Positions 38,767 through 50,694 of a stretch of DNA of 64,000 bases are shown here, piece after piece; position 1 is the stretch's first letter; every line of letters starts with the position of its first letter. Under the pieces are notes generated by a model. The model was not told where the DNA came from. It saw only the letters and a program-made list of their open reading frames with translations, and did no database searches. The stretch comes from Blastocatellia bacterium (lineage in GTDB: Bacteria; Acidobacteriota; Blastocatellia; UBA7656), in NCBI GenBank assembly GCA_963765495.1, contig CAVXWP010000007.1:32001-96000 (forward strand), read 5' to 3'. A program made the translations under genes and the position numbers.

Positions 38767-39687
38767 GTTCGCGCGTTCTATGTAATCGCCTATGTTGACC
38801 TCGGCAGTCGTTCTGGTTATGAGCGCGACCGAAGTGTTCTTTTCGACTTTCAGTATAATAAGCTCGCCCATGACTTTGCGCGGCAGCTTCGGGCGCGTGC
38901 GCAGCACTTCGTTTTGATGTACGCGGGATGCCTCAATAGACAGGTCTCCACCCCGATAATGCCCGCTGCCGTAATCCTTGCTGCGTTTCTTGACTATGTT
39001 ATCGGTAGGCATGGTGGCTATTCTCTCGCTGCCGCCGATCTCGCGAAAGATCGTGAAGTAATCGCCTGTGTGCACATCCTGTCTCGATCCGAGGTCGATG
39101 TAGACTACACGGTTGGCCGAAAGATATTCGCTGTAATTAGGCGACATTACGATCTGGCCTTTGACGCCTCCCGATCCTTCCCCGTATCTGGGCAGAGGCT
39201 GGGCGTCGCGCGGGTCGGGTGATTCCATCTCTTCGTATGGTTTGAGCAGATCGCCAAAAGTTACCATGTCGCACGATATTATTATCTCTGCCGTCGAGGT
39301 CTCTTCCTGCACCTCTATAACGCGGAGCATGCCCATCTCGCGCACGAGGCAACCGAGCCGTTTCTTTGTGAACGGGTGGGTTACGTCTCCGAGCGGGCGG
39401 ATTATGTAATAGACTGCGCCGGGCTGGACCCCGCCTTTTCGCCCCTTGTTCAGATAGACGACCTCGCCCTGCCAGAAGGAACTCTTAAAGTTTTCTCTTT
39501 CGCCTCCGATGATCTGCAAATCGGCGCTCGGAGCTACGTCTGCGATATATCCTGTGCAATATAAGTCGGCCCGTCTGGCTACGGGATCATTCTGGTCGGA
39601 CGATTCTTTTTGAGCTACGACCGCTTTTGTAAACGGCAACACGAACAGGGCTGCCAGCACGATGATGACGCGGGCTGATATTTTCAT
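38764..39687 (-). CDS. Secreted hypothetical protein with two FlgT-C-like beta domains
   Basis: Signal peptide; twice VVY(L/I)(N/D).G...(G/D)V..G..(Y/F).I.R...G.L.(V/I)..V.E.TS.A.I. Confidence 0.7.
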   Translation of the reverse strand: MKISARVIIVLAALFVLPFTKAVVAQKESSDQNDPVARRADLYCTGYIADVAPSADLQIIGGERENFKSSFWQGEVVYLNKGRKGGVQPGAVYYIIRPLGDVTHPFTKKRLGCLVREMGMLRVIEVQEETSTAEIIISCDMVTFGDLLKPYEEMESPDPRDAQPLPRYGEGSGGVKGQIVMSPNYSEYLSANRVVYIDLGSRQDVHTGDYFTIFREIGGSERIATMPTDNIVKKRSKDYGSGHYRGGDLSIEASRVHQNEVLRTRPKLPRKVMGELIILKVEKNTSVALITRTTAEVNIGDYIERAN

Positions 39688-40020
39688 TGCTACTCCTCAC
39701 TTGATCATTGGAAGCTGATTGAAAGAAACCTACAGGGGCAGGATTAAAAAATTACCTGCCCGCAAAGTACCAAACTCCCATACCCAAGTCAACACTTAAA
39801 TCAGGAGCCCGGTGGGCGCACTCCGGGCCATCAGGGCCATACCAGGACCATTCAGTTTTGACCTGCGCGCAGAAATCGAAGGGTGACTTGAAGCAAGGTC
39901 GGCTAAAAACAGGCCGCATCCGCGTCCGTCCCGGTCTGTTTCACTTTTCATCATCCAAATTTTGAAAACTGAATGACTCTGGGATACTAAAGGAGCAGAG
40001 CGGATTTTTCCTCAATTGGC

Positions 40021-40048
40021 TTGACAGCAAATCAAATAAGACGATAAT
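40021..40048 (+). promoter_or_regulatory. sigma70 promoter upstream of the zinc-ribbon gene
   Basis: TTGACA-N16-GATAAT. Confidence 0.55.
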
Positions 40049-40276
40049 GGCAGCAGTTATATCAGGTTGGAATTTTATTGCGAGCTGGATTTTTATTGTA
40101 AGGCACCGGGTGATGAGCAAGGGTTCAGAGAACGAAAAGCAGGTGGGTAGGTTCTTCGGGACGTTAAAAGATTGTCCTTAACACAACTCGCCACCAATAA
40201 AAGCTTGTAAGGTCAGGTTTGTCATCTCCGAATACTGCTGCTGCCGGCCCGGAAGAACAAGGTAAGGAGGCCCACA

Positions 40277-40618
40277 GTGTACGAATATTCTGACAAGGTT
40301 CTTATTTGCGTAGATTGCAGTGAGGAATTTATCTTCACCGCCGGTGAACAACTCTTTTTTGCAGACAAAGGATTAAAGAACGACCCCAAACGTTGCAAAC
40401 CCTGCAAGGTGAAAAAGAATGAAAGGATAGCGGCCAACATGCAGGCTTACGGGCAGCCCTATACCCGCGAGCGGGTCGAGGTAACGGTCAAATGCGCGCT
40501 TTGCGGCATTGAAACCACCGTTCCTTTCAAGCCTACGCAGGGGAGGCCCGTCTATTGCCGCGATTGCTTTTTGAGAATGCGCGCCTCGACGGCGCACGCT
40601 CACGCGCCGCTCCCTTAA
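40277..40618 (+). CDS. Zinc-ribbon plus CxxC-x17-CxxC domain protein
   Basis: DKVLICVDCSEEFIFTAGEQLFF..KGL.NDPKRCKPC and CALCG.ETTVPFKP.QGRPVYCRDC; AAGGAGG RBS. Confidence 0.92.
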   Translation: MYEYSDKVLICVDCSEEFIFTAGEQLFFADKGLKNDPKRCKPCKVKKNERIAANMQAYGQPYTRERVEVTVKCALCGIETTVPFKPTQGRPVYCRDCFLRMRASTAHAHAPLP

Positions 40619-40673
40619 CCGGAACGGGTCGAATCCGTCAGTACAAAGGCAATGAGGCTTTAAAGAATAGCGA

Positions 40674-41576
40674 TCAATCACTCAGGGAATTGAGGAAATC
40701 ACGCACCTTTTTCATATCCTCCCAGGCTTCGCGCTTTTTTTCAGGGACACGCAACAGATAGGCCGGGTGGAAAGTCGGCATTACCCTGATGCCGTTCCAC
40801 TCGCGCCATTCGCCTCGCGATCTGCTTATGGGCTCCTTCGTTTTGAGCAGACACTGAAAGGCGGGTGAGCCGAGCGTTACAATCAGCGCAGGCTTTATGA
40901 CGGCAAGCTGGCGAAAAAGAAACTGCTCGCAGGTTGCCACTTCGTCTCGCTCCGGTGTGCGGTTGCCCGGGGGCCTACACTTTACGATATTGGTAATATA
41001 AACCTCTTCGCGGCGCAGCCCTATGGCGTGGATGATCTTGTCGAGCAACTGTCCGGCCCTACCTACAAAGGGCCGCCCCGTCGCATCTTCATCCGCTCCG
41101 GGCCCTTCGCCCACAAAGACAATCTTTGCTTTCGGGTTTCCTTCTCCAAAGACTATATTGTTGCGATGTTCGTGAAGCTTGCACCGGATGCACTCGCCCA
41201 GATCTTCGCGTATAGCCTCAAGCGAGATGTCCTCGGCCTCGATCACACCTGCCCGAGCGGTTGTTTCAGGCCCAGCCATCAAATCCTCGAAGAGGCTGAC
41301 CTGTTCTTCGGCTTCTTTTTTACGGGGCATAATATTTTCGTCTCGTGGCGCGTCCTTTGATAACAGCGGACTGGTTTCGACCATCTGTCTATCGCTCTCG
41401 CTCACCGATTTAGTTGCGGCAATCGCCGTCTGTTCTATGGAATCGGCGCGAGCCGCCGGTTTCAGGGTAAGAGCCGAGCCGCCTATGTCGGTGACTCCAA
41501 TCTCGCGGTAAAACTTTAACTGCTCTTCTATCTGCCGGGCCAGATAGAAAAATTCTTCTGAAATCTCTTTCGACAT
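40674..41576 (-). CDS. Uracil-DNA glycosylase family 4
   Basis: CIRCKL, VFVGEGPGADED..GRPFVGRAGQLL, NIVKCRPPGNR, TFHPAYLLR. Confidence 0.95.
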   Translation of the reverse strand: MSKEISEEFFYLARQIEEQLKFYREIGVTDIGGSALTLKPAARADSIEQTAIAATKSVSESDRQMVETSPLLSKDAPRDENIMPRKKEAEEQVSLFEDLMAGPETTARAGVIEAEDISLEAIREDLGECIRCKLHEHRNNIVFGEGNPKAKIVFVGEGPGADEDATGRPFVGRAGQLLDKIIHAIGLRREEVYITNIVKCRPPGNRTPERDEVATCEQFLFRQLAVIKPALIVTLGSPAFQCLLKTKEPISRSRGEWREWNGIRVMPTFHPAYLLRVPEKKREAWEDMKKVRDFLNSLSD

Positions 41577-41717
41577 TCCCAAGGATTTTCCACTACGACT
41601 CTGTGAGGGTCAAGTCGAGTGCCGAACTTGAGTGTACGGTTCGGGCAAAGTAGAATTCTGACTTACTTGCCGGGTCCGTATTTCGCACGGACATCGAAGC
41701 AGGGGTTAAGGAGATAC

Positions 41718-43022
41718 GTGGCAGAGAGGAAAGTCAGAGCCGAACGCTTACGGGAAATCAGCCGGGCGCTTCGCCACCGCAATTACCGCATATATTTCCT
41801 TGGGATGCTGGTGTCATATTCAGGCACCTGGATGCAGAATGTCGCGCAAAGCTGGCTGGTCTATCGTCTGACGGAGTCGGCGTGGCTTTTGGGACTTGTG
41901 GGATTTGCGGGACAGGTCCCGGTCTTTCTGCTTGCCCCGCTCGGCGGAGTCCTCGCAGACCGCCACAGCCGCCATCGCATAGTCGTGCTCACACAGACGA
42001 TAGCAATGATTCAGGCATTATTGCTTGCGGCGCTCACGCTCTCGCATATGGTGACGGTGAACTGGGTGCTGGGGCTTGCGCTGATGCTGGGCACGGTCAA
42101 TGCCTTCGATATGCCTACGCGGCAATCTTTCGTGCCGGAGCTTGTTCCAAAAGAAGATTTGATGAATGCAATCGCGCTCAACTCTTCAATGATAAACGGC
42201 GCGAGGATTGTCGGCCCGGCGCTTGCCGGAATACTTGTCGCTTCGATAGGCGAGGGGCTCTGCTTTCTGCTAAACGGCGTGAGCTACATCGTCGTCATCA
42301 TCGGATTACTCTCTATCCGCACGGGGAATTCCAAGGTAGAGCGGCCCCGTGGTTCGGCCCTTTCAAACCTCAAAGAAGGGTTCGATTATGTTCGCCGCAC
42401 GCGGCCCGTTCGCGCCCTGCTCCTGCTTATTGCGCTTGTCAGCATATGCGGATTGCCCTACATCGTGTTGATGCCGATCTTTGCCGCTCAGGTGCTCGGG
42501 GCCGGGGCGCGAGGGCTCGGAATATTGATGGGCGCAGCAGGCGTGGGCGCGCTTTCCGGGGCGCTCACACTCGCGGCCCGTCGCAAAGTCGAAGGGCTTG
42601 GCCGCGTGGTTGCTCTCAGCGTAATGGTATTTGGTTCGCTCGTTTTTCTATTTTCGCTTTCGCGCAATCTTATATTGTCGGCTTTGATGCTCGTGCCAAT
42701 TGGGTTTTCAGTGATGTTGCAGATGTCGGCATCAAACACGCTTTTGCAGACCATGGTGTCGGATAGAATGCGCGGGCGAGTGATGAGCTTTTTTTCCATG
42801 AGCCTGATGGGTATGGCTCCGTTCGGGAGTCTCTTTGCGGGCGCGGTCGCCGACCGCATCGGCGCGCCTGAAACCGTGGCGGCTGGCGGAATAATTTGCC
42901 TTGTCGGCGGGCTACTGTTCGGTCAGCGATTGCCGAGCCTGAGACGCGAGGCTCGCCCCCTCCTTGTAGCGCAGGGGATTGTGGCAGGCGAATCGCCCGA
43001 AACCGATACGAAAGGGATTTGA
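41718..43022 (+). CDS. MFS transporter
   Basis: ALRHRNYRIYF.G, GGVLADR, AFDMPTRQSFV, RGRVMS, about 12 TM; GTG start after AAGGAG. Confidence 0.92.
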   Translation: MAERKVRAERLREISRALRHRNYRIYFLGMLVSYSGTWMQNVAQSWLVYRLTESAWLLGLVGFAGQVPVFLLAPLGGVLADRHSRHRIVVLTQTIAMIQALLLAALTLSHMVTVNWVLGLALMLGTVNAFDMPTRQSFVPELVPKEDLMNAIALNSSMINGARIVGPALAGILVASIGEGLCFLLNGVSYIVVIIGLLSIRTGNSKVERPRGSALSNLKEGFDYVRRTRPVRALLLLIALVSICGLPYIVLMPIFAAQVLGAGARGLGILMGAAGVGALSGALTLAARRKVEGLGRVVALSVMVFGSLVFLFSLSRNLILSALMLVPIGFSVMLQMSASNTLLQTMVSDRMRGRVMSFFSMSLMGMAPFGSLFAGAVADRIGAPETVAAGGIICLVGGLLFGQRLPSLRREARPLLVAQGIVAGESPETDTKGI

Positions 43023-43087
43023 GATTTGAGATTTGAAAGTCAGATACTACAGAGCAAAGAGTTCACTCAAACACACCTCTTTAATCT

Positions 43088-43885
43088 CTAGCGGCGCGGA
43101 CTGATTTCGACTCGCGCTATGGTCAGGACGTTCACGCTGTCAGCGCCCGCATCCATCAGCGCGCTTGCTGCCTCAGCAATCGTGCTGCCCGTGGTATAGA
43201 CATCATCTATCAGCAACACCTTGCGGCCTGCGACGCGTGCGGGACGTGTGACCGCAAAAGCCCGCCTGACTGATCTTGCCCGATCTATCGAATCCATCCC
43301 TGCGCGGTGACGCTCGGTGCGTTTTACGCGAACAAACGAGCGATCATCAAACGGCAAGCCGGATGAAACGGCTCTGGCAATGAGCGCGGCCTGATTGAAC
43401 CCGCGCTCGCGTTTGCGCGAAGCGTGCAGCGGCACAGGGATTACGACATCGCTTTCAAGAAACGCGATGTTTTCAGAAAAGGCCCGAATCAAAACCCGGC
43501 GCAATCGGCGACAGATATGCGGCTGCTCTTTTAAGGAGAGTATGCTTGCTTCGAGCGCGCCTGAGTATGCGCCGCAGGCTCGCGCATAGGCGTAAGGGTG
43601 CAAGGCGCAGGCTCCGCAAAGTCGGGTGGAAGGGGTAGCCGCGCTGGCTATGCGGCGCTCAGGCATCCCGCATTTTACGCATACGGTTTGATCGAAAAAG
43701 AGCCGGGTGCTTGTCGAATCCTCCCAGCACGCCTTGCAGGCTACGCCCTCGTCCCAGGATTCAACGGAGTTGCCGCAGATGCGGCATTGTTGGGGATAAA
43801 CAAGCGAGAGCAGCCCGTCTCTCAGGTTTGCGAGCGCGCGTCCGATCACAATCGTTCCTCCGCGCGGTTGATTGATTACCGGCAA
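43088..43885 (-). CDS. comF: ComF family amidophosphoribosyltransferase-like protein
   Basis: Zinc-finger CxxC pairs, PVPLH..R.RERGFNQA, LLIDDVYTTGST. Confidence 0.9.
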   Translation of the reverse strand: MPVINQPRGGTIVIGRALANLRDGLLSLVYPQQCRICGNSVESWDEGVACKACWEDSTSTRLFFDQTVCVKCGMPERRIASAATPSTRLCGACALHPYAYARACGAYSGALEASILSLKEQPHICRRLRRVLIRAFSENIAFLESDVVIPVPLHASRKRERGFNQAALIARAVSSGLPFDDRSFVRVKRTERHRAGMDSIDRARSVRRAFAVTRPARVAGRKVLLIDDVYTTGSTIAEAASALMDAGADSVNVLTIARVEISPRR

Positions 43886-43955
43886 ACAAGTCCGGCCCGA
43901 CCGGTCGCAGGCGGCCTTTTACGAAAGGGGAGTGTTGTATTTTGGTATGGCAAGT

Positions 43956-44324
43956 CTAAATCTCTTTTTCCACCAGTAATCCTTGTTCCTGAAGCTCCTG
44001 ACATTTTATACAATGAGGCGTCCAGGGTATGGCATCGAGCCGCTTCTGTAATATCTCTTCTCCGCAGTTGATGCACTCGCCAAAAGTCCCTTCCTCGATT
44101 CGGTCCAGAGCTTCTTCGATCAGCTTGAGCGTGTTGCGTTCGTTTGTGCTTTGCGAGAAAAGAAGCTCTTTCGTATAGGAGTTCGACGCCTTATCGGCCG
44201 GGTCCTGGCTGACATCCAGATCGGCTTCGCGTCCATAATCTTCGGTGCGCTCGACCATGCCGAGCATCATATTTCTCAATTCTCGAAGCCTGGCTTCGTA
44301 TTGTTTGAGTCTGCGTTTATCCAT
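43956..44324 (-). CDS. dksA: DksA/TraR C4 zinc-finger protein
   Basis: DPADKAS (DxxDxA), [11 protein letters not shown]...RL.AIPW...CIKC. Confidence 0.88.
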   Translation of the reverse strand: MDKRRLKQYEARLRELRNMMLGMVERTEDYGREADLDVSQDPADKASNSYTKELLFSQSTNERNTLKLIEEALDRIEEGTFGECINCGEEILQKRLDAIPWTPHCIKCQELQEQGLLVEKEI

Positions 44325-44399
44325 TAAAGGCTCCTGGTCCCGTATTCGACCTTATAATTGCCAATAACTCCGGGCATAACCGAACAGCGTCGGCCCGGC

Positions 44400-44867
44400 T
44401 CACTTTTGATAAGGCAGGTCATGCAAAATAGCGTATGCGCGATAGACCTGCTCAGCCAACAAAGCTCGCGCGAATTCATGAGTCAAAGTCATTCGTGACA
44501 GCGCAAGTGTGAAATCGGCTCGCCTCCTCACCGCATCGGAAAGCCCAGCATAACCGCCTATGACAAAGGTCATCTGTCTTGTCCCGGCTATCTGGTGCTT
44601 TTCGATGAACCGAGCGAGTTCGACCGAACTCATCTCACATCCACGCTCATCGAGCGCCACGACGAAGGGGTCGGATTCTATGCGTGACAGAATCTCTTCA
44701 CCTTCCTTTTCAATGATCGTCTCGGTCTGCTTCCCAACATCATTGCGGTCGCGAAGTTCGACCACTTCGGTTCGAGTAAATCTTTTCAGGCGACCCAGAT
44801 AATCTTCGATCAAATCCCTGATCGCGCTTGTCTTCGTCTTGCCTACCCATACGATCCGCAACTTCAT
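44400..44867 (-). CDS. rlmH: 23S rRNA pseudouridine(1915)-N3-methyltransferase
   Basis: VALDERG, FVIGGYAGL, LSRMTLTHE..R..L.EQVYRA. Confidence 0.95.
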   Translation of the reverse strand: MKLRIVWVGKTKTSAIRDLIEDYLGRLKRFTRTEVVELRDRNDVGKQTETIIEKEGEEILSRIESDPFVVALDERGCEMSSVELARFIEKHQIAGTRQMTFVIGGYAGLSDAVRRRADFTLALSRMTLTHEFARALLAEQVYRAYAILHDLPYQK

Positions 44868-44869
44868 AG

Positions 44870-44983
44870 CGATGATTCGTGATTCGTGATTCGTGATTCG
44901 TGATTCGTGATTTACCAGACCTGCAAGTTGTCTTGAACCTGCGGCCTGCCTGTAAGATCACGTATCACTCTTCACGCATCACT
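44870..44983. repeat. (GTGATTC)n...(TCAC)n heptamer palindrome
   Basis: GATTCGT five times in a row; right arm ATCACGTATCACTCTTCACGCATCAC. Confidence 0.85.
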
Positions 44984-44985
44984 GC

Positions 44986-45939
44986 TCAATTCAGCCCGGC
45001 GGTCTGCACCTTCATCGGGCCTATTTTGTATCGCCGCATCTTCTCGTAGAGGTTCTTGCGGCTTATTCCCAGAATCTCGGCCGCGCGAGTCTTATTCCCT
45101 CGCGTGTATTCGAGTATTTCGCGAATATAGACGGCCTCAAGCTCTGCAAGCGAAGGTTTGTGCTTGCGCGATTGCATCAAACGCGCCGCCGACCGCAGAT
45201 AATCGGGCAACTGCTCCGGCTCGATCACATCCTGGCTTGTTGCGAGCACCGCACGTTCTATGATGTTTCTTAGCTCGCGAATATTGCCCGGAAAATCATA
45301 ATTCATCAGCAGGGCCAGAGCCTCGTTCGAAAGGTGTACGCCGGCTCGCCCGCTGCGGGATGCAAACTGCCGGACAAATTGCTCGGCCAGCATACGTATG
45401 TCTTCGGCTCTGTCAATCAGGCGGGGCAATTGAATAGTGACTACCGCAAGCCGGTAATAGAGATCATCTCGAAATGCGTGAGTTCGCACGGCCTCTTTCA
45501 TATCGACATTGGCCAGCGCTATTATGCGAACATTGATTCTTATCAACTGCTTTCCGCCGAGCCGTTCAAAGCTTCGCTCTTCGATTACGCGCAGCAGTTT
45601 CGCCTGTGCCGCAGGCGAGAGGCTAGCTATCTCGTCCAGGACAAGCGTGCCGCCTTCGGCCGCCTCGAACCGCCCGGGTTTGGATTCGCCTGCGCCTGTG
45701 AAGGCTCCCTTTTCATAGCCGAACAACTCGGATTCCAGCAGGTCTTCCGGCAGCCCCGCGCAATCTATTTTGACAAAAGGCTTTGAAGACCTGGGGCTGC
45801 GGTCGTGAATCAGGCGAGCGAAAACATCCTTGCCCGTGCCCGATTCGCCCAGGACAAGCACATTTGCATCCGTAGCCGCGACCCTCTCAATTAGCTCCGC
45901 GACTCGCTGCATCTCTGGAGCGTTAGCTATTATCTCCAT
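44986..45939 (-). CDS. Sigma54 enhancer-binding protein (AAA+ plus Fis HTH) with no N-terminal regulatory domain
   Basis: [55 protein letters not shown]; begins directly at the AAA+ domain. Confidence 0.93.
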   Translation of the reverse strand: MEIIANAPEMQRVAELIERVAATDANVLVLGESGTGKDVFARLIHDRSPRSSKPFVKIDCAGLPEDLLESELFGYEKGAFTGAGESKPGRFEAAEGGTLVLDEIASLSPAAQAKLLRVIEERSFERLGGKQLIRINVRIIALANVDMKEAVRTHAFRDDLYYRLAVVTIQLPRLIDRAEDIRMLAEQFVRQFASRSGRAGVHLSNEALALLMNYDFPGNIRELRNIIERAVLATSQDVIEPEQLPDYLRSAARLMQSRKHKPSLAELEAVYIREILEYTRGNKTRAAEILGISRKNLYEKMRRYKIGPMKVQTAGLN

Positions 45940-45948
45940 ACCATTCTC

Positions 45949-46080
45949 GAGGGATGAGGGATGAGGGATGAGGGATGAAAAAGAATCTAGCGCAACAGCC
46001 TGATAAAAGACTGCTCACTATTTCATCAGCATAATTCCCTACAGTCCTTTTCATCCCTCATCCCTCATCCCTCATCCCTT
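45949..46080. repeat. (GGGATGA)n...(TCATCCC)n heptamer palindrome
   Basis: Four perfect AGGGATG units and four TCATCCC units; the right arm encodes the last residues and stop of rsfS. Confidence 0.92.
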
Positions 46081-46454
46081 ATCTCGACTCTTCCCGCATC
46101 GCGCCATAATCTCTCAAGATCATAAAATGCCCGTGCCGTGCTGCTGAATACGTGCACTATGAAATCTCCGTAGTCTAGCAGAATCCACTCCGCACTGCTA
46201 TAGCCTTCTATGTGCAGAGGGCGCTTGCCCGTTTTTCGCAACTCCTCTTCGACCGCGTTAGAGATGGCCTGCACCTGACGGGTGCTCGTCCCTGTGCAGA
46301 TCAGGAAATATTCGGTGAAAGACGCGATCTTGCGTAAGTCGAGCAGGACTATATCGGTCGCCTTCTTTTCGCTCGCAATCCGGGCGGCGATCATAACCAG
46401 TTCATCCGGCTCTATCGCGTCGGGTTGCTGATGTTTGTTTGCTGTGCTACCCAT
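46065..46454 (-). CDS. rsfS: Ribosome silencing factor
   Basis: KKATDIVLLDL, YFLICTGTS.RQV.AI, WILLDYGDFIVHVF, FYDLERLW. Confidence 0.96.
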   Translation of the reverse strand: MGSTANKHQQPDAIEPDELVMIAARIASEKKATDIVLLDLRKIASFTEYFLICTGTSTRQVQAISNAVEEELRKTGKRPLHIEGYSSAEWILLDYGDFIVHVFSSTARAFYDLERLWRDAGRVEIRDEG

Positions 46455-46458
46455 CTAT

Positions 46459-48173
<1,715 letters not shown>

Positions 48174-48176
48174 TTA

Positions 48177-48265
48177 TTTGTCCGTTGTCCGTAGTCCTGG
48201 TCCGTTGTTAATCAATTGTCTCGATTGCAGCTAACAACGGACGACTGACGACTGACGACGGACAA

Positions 48266-48266
<1 letters not shown>
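48177..48266. repeat. (GTCCGTT)n...(AACGGAC)n heptamer palindrome
   Basis: TTGTCCGTTGTCCGTAGTCCTGGTCCGTTG...CAACGGACGACTGACGACTGACGACGGACAAC. Confidence 0.82.
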
Positions 48267-48520
<254 letters not shown>

Positions 48521-48635
48521 AACTCCTCTATATGCGATTCAAAAGATGCTCATCGCCCGACGGGCGTCCTTTATAAAGCCATATATAAGGACTTCACAAT
48601 CGAGCTTTAGAATTTGCGGCGCGCAAGAAAATCTG

Positions 48636-49268
48636 TTACTGCTCGTCTTCGGAAGCCGATTCGGTTTCAGAAGACGCTGCGGCCTCACCCGTTGAAGCCT
48701 CGGCAGTTGAAGCCTCGGCGGTTGAAGCCTCGGCAGTTGAAGCCTCGGCGGTTGAAGCCTCGACGGTTGAAGCCTCTGCCAGTTCGGCGCTCGCTTCTGC
48801 TGCCTCGGTGCTTGCTTCTGCCGCTTCGGGTTCTGTCTCTGCTGTTTCAGTAGCGGTATTCGCCGTCGCGGCTTCTGCTACCGGAGCCTCGATCTCCTCT
48901 GCCGGTGCGACAGGTGCGGCTTCGACTTCGGATTCCGGGGCTTCGGGCTTTTCAGCCGTCGCGCCAATCGCCTCTATGAGAACGGCGGTAAAGTTCTGCC
49001 TGTGCCCGTGCTTTTTCTTGTACTGCTTGCGCCGTTTCTTCTTGAATACGATTACCTTAGTCCCGCGACCGTGTTCCACGACGGTAGCCGTAACGCGCGT
49101 GCCGTCAACGATAGGCGCTCCGATGCTAATGTTGTCGCCGTCGCCCGAAGCGAGCACGTCGAACTCGACGGATGCTCCCACTTCCTGAGTGATGGACGGT
49201 ATGCGAACGATCTCGCCTTCGGCAACTCGGAACTGTTTGCCACCGGCCTGAATGATAGCGTATGCCAC
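48636..49268 (-). CDS. rplU: 50S ribosomal protein L21 with a ~105-aa acidic C-terminal extension
   Basis: [13 protein letters not shown]...FKKKRRKQY...GHRQ followed by an A/E/T/S-rich tail with (AEAST)n. Confidence 0.95.
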   Translation of the reverse strand: MAYAIIQAGGKQFRVAEGEIVRIPSITQEVGASVEFDVLASGDGDNISIGAPIVDGTRVTATVVEHGRGTKVIVFKKKRRKQYKKKHGHRQNFTAVLIEAIGATAEKPEAPESEVEAAPVAPAEEIEAPVAEAATANTATETAETEPEAAEASTEAAEASAELAEASTVEASTAEASTAEASTAEASTAEASTGEAAASSETESASEDEQ

Positions 49269-49310
49269 GGTTAACTCCCTCCAAAAATTTGCTATTGACG
49301 AAAGTCCAAA

Positions 49311-49340
49311 ATTATAGCTGTCTAAGGCTCAGACTGTCAA
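49311..49340 (-). promoter_or_regulatory. Consensus sigma70 promoter of the rplU-rpmA-obg operon
   Basis: Minus-strand TTGACA-N18-TATAAT. Confidence 0.8.
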
Positions 49341-49418
49341 CGGCGTCCGCTTTCGATTCGCGCGCCTGTGGTTCAAGGGCAAAGGAAACGCAGATTACCA
49401 ACTTGTAATCAGGAAAAT

Positions 49419-49520
49419 GGGAATAGACCGAGACGGGTGCGGATTTGGCGGATTTTCGCGGATTCAGGTTTATATGATCCAATCTGAAAATTCGTCGATA
49501 ATTCTGTAAATCCTATCTGA
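49419..49520. repeat. Degenerate GCGGAT-family palindrome
   Basis: GAATAGACCGAGACGGGTGCGGATTTGGCGGATTTTCGCGGATT...TATATGATCC; matches the left arm of 25821-25940. Confidence 0.7.
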
Positions 49521-50459
49521 TTATTCCGATGCCGCAGGTGCGCGCCGGGGGGCGGCTATGGATTCGGCCTCGATAAAGATGTGTCTCACATCCGGGTGCT
49601 TCTGCCGGATAGACCGTTCCAGGCGGTCTACGGCTGATTCCACTTCGCCCGCCGAAAGCTCGTTGTGAAACTTTATGTCGAGATTTACAAGCAGATCGTG
49701 CGGCCCGAAATACATGGTCAGAGGCCGCTTGACGCGCTCGACTGCCGGGTCGGCTTCCGCTACTTCGCAGATGCTTTTTACCGTCCGTTCGTCCGCGCCT
49801 TCGCCTACAAGCAAGCCTTTGCTTTCGTATGCCAGCAGTATCGCTACGACTCCGAGTATCAGCCCGATTATTACCGAAGCTACGCCGTCAAGATAAGGGT
49901 TGCCGAGCAACTGCCCCAGAAATATTCCGAAAAAGGCTACGACGAGGCCGAGCAGCGCCGCCGAGTCTTCAAAAAGAACCGTGAAGTTGGTAGGGTCTTT
50001 GCTCACGTGAATCGCCCGCCAGATGGTCCCTTTTGAATGGGTGGATCGAAACTCCCTGTAGGCGACAACAAGCGCGAATCCTTCAAAAAATGCGGCGAAG
50101 GCGAGTACGATGTAATTCCAGAATGGATTCTCAAGCCGGGACGGATGAATCAAATGCATTATGCCTTCGTAAAATGACATGCCCCCGCCCAGGGCAAAAA
50201 TCAGTATCGCTACGATGAGCGTCCAGAAATAAAGCTCCTTGCCGTAGCCGAACGGGTGGCTCGGGTCGGCAGGCTTGCGGCTCTTGTAAACACCGTACAA
50301 AATCAAGAGGCCGTTGCCTGTGTCTACGACCGAGTGGATGCCTTCGGAAAGCATCGCCGAGCTTCCGCTGAAGTGTGAGGCTACGAATTTCGTCAGGGCG
50401 ATGGCGAGGTTTCCGGCAATCGCGGCATAGACGGCTTTGTGGGAAGAGTTGACCCCCAT
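49521..50459 (-). CDS. Cation diffusion facilitator family transporter
   Basis: SSAMLSEGIHSVVD, HPFGYGKELYFW, VLFEDSAA. Confidence 0.93.
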   Translation of the reverse strand: MGVNSSHKAVYAAIAGNLAIALTKFVASHFSGSSAMLSEGIHSVVDTGNGLLILYGVYKSRKPADPSHPFGYGKELYFWTLIVAILIFALGGGMSFYEGIMHLIHPSRLENPFWNYIVLAFAAFFEGFALVVAYREFRSTHSKGTIWRAIHVSKDPTNFTVLFEDSAALLGLVVAFFGIFLGQLLGNPYLDGVASVIIGLILGVVAILLAYESKGLLVGEGADERTVKSICEVAEADPAVERVKRPLTMYFGPHDLLVNLDIKFHNELSAGEVESAVDRLERSIRQKHPDVRHIFIEAESIAAPRRAPAASE

Positions 50460-50694
50460 CGAGGCTCCTTATCATTAAAGAATCTGATCTCACAAGAAGC
50501 TCACTGTGATCCGGCATGAGCCTTACGGCGGCACGTTCTAAGATTAGCAAACGAAGCATAGCTCTCCAAATGGCCGGTCTCCTTGACGACCTGCTCAGGG
50601 TTTGTTAGTTTCACTCTTCTTCGCGAGCACGTGTATTCTCGCCTGCGCTCGCGCTCGATGCTCTATATCAAAGCGAGACGGAGGAAAGTTTTTC

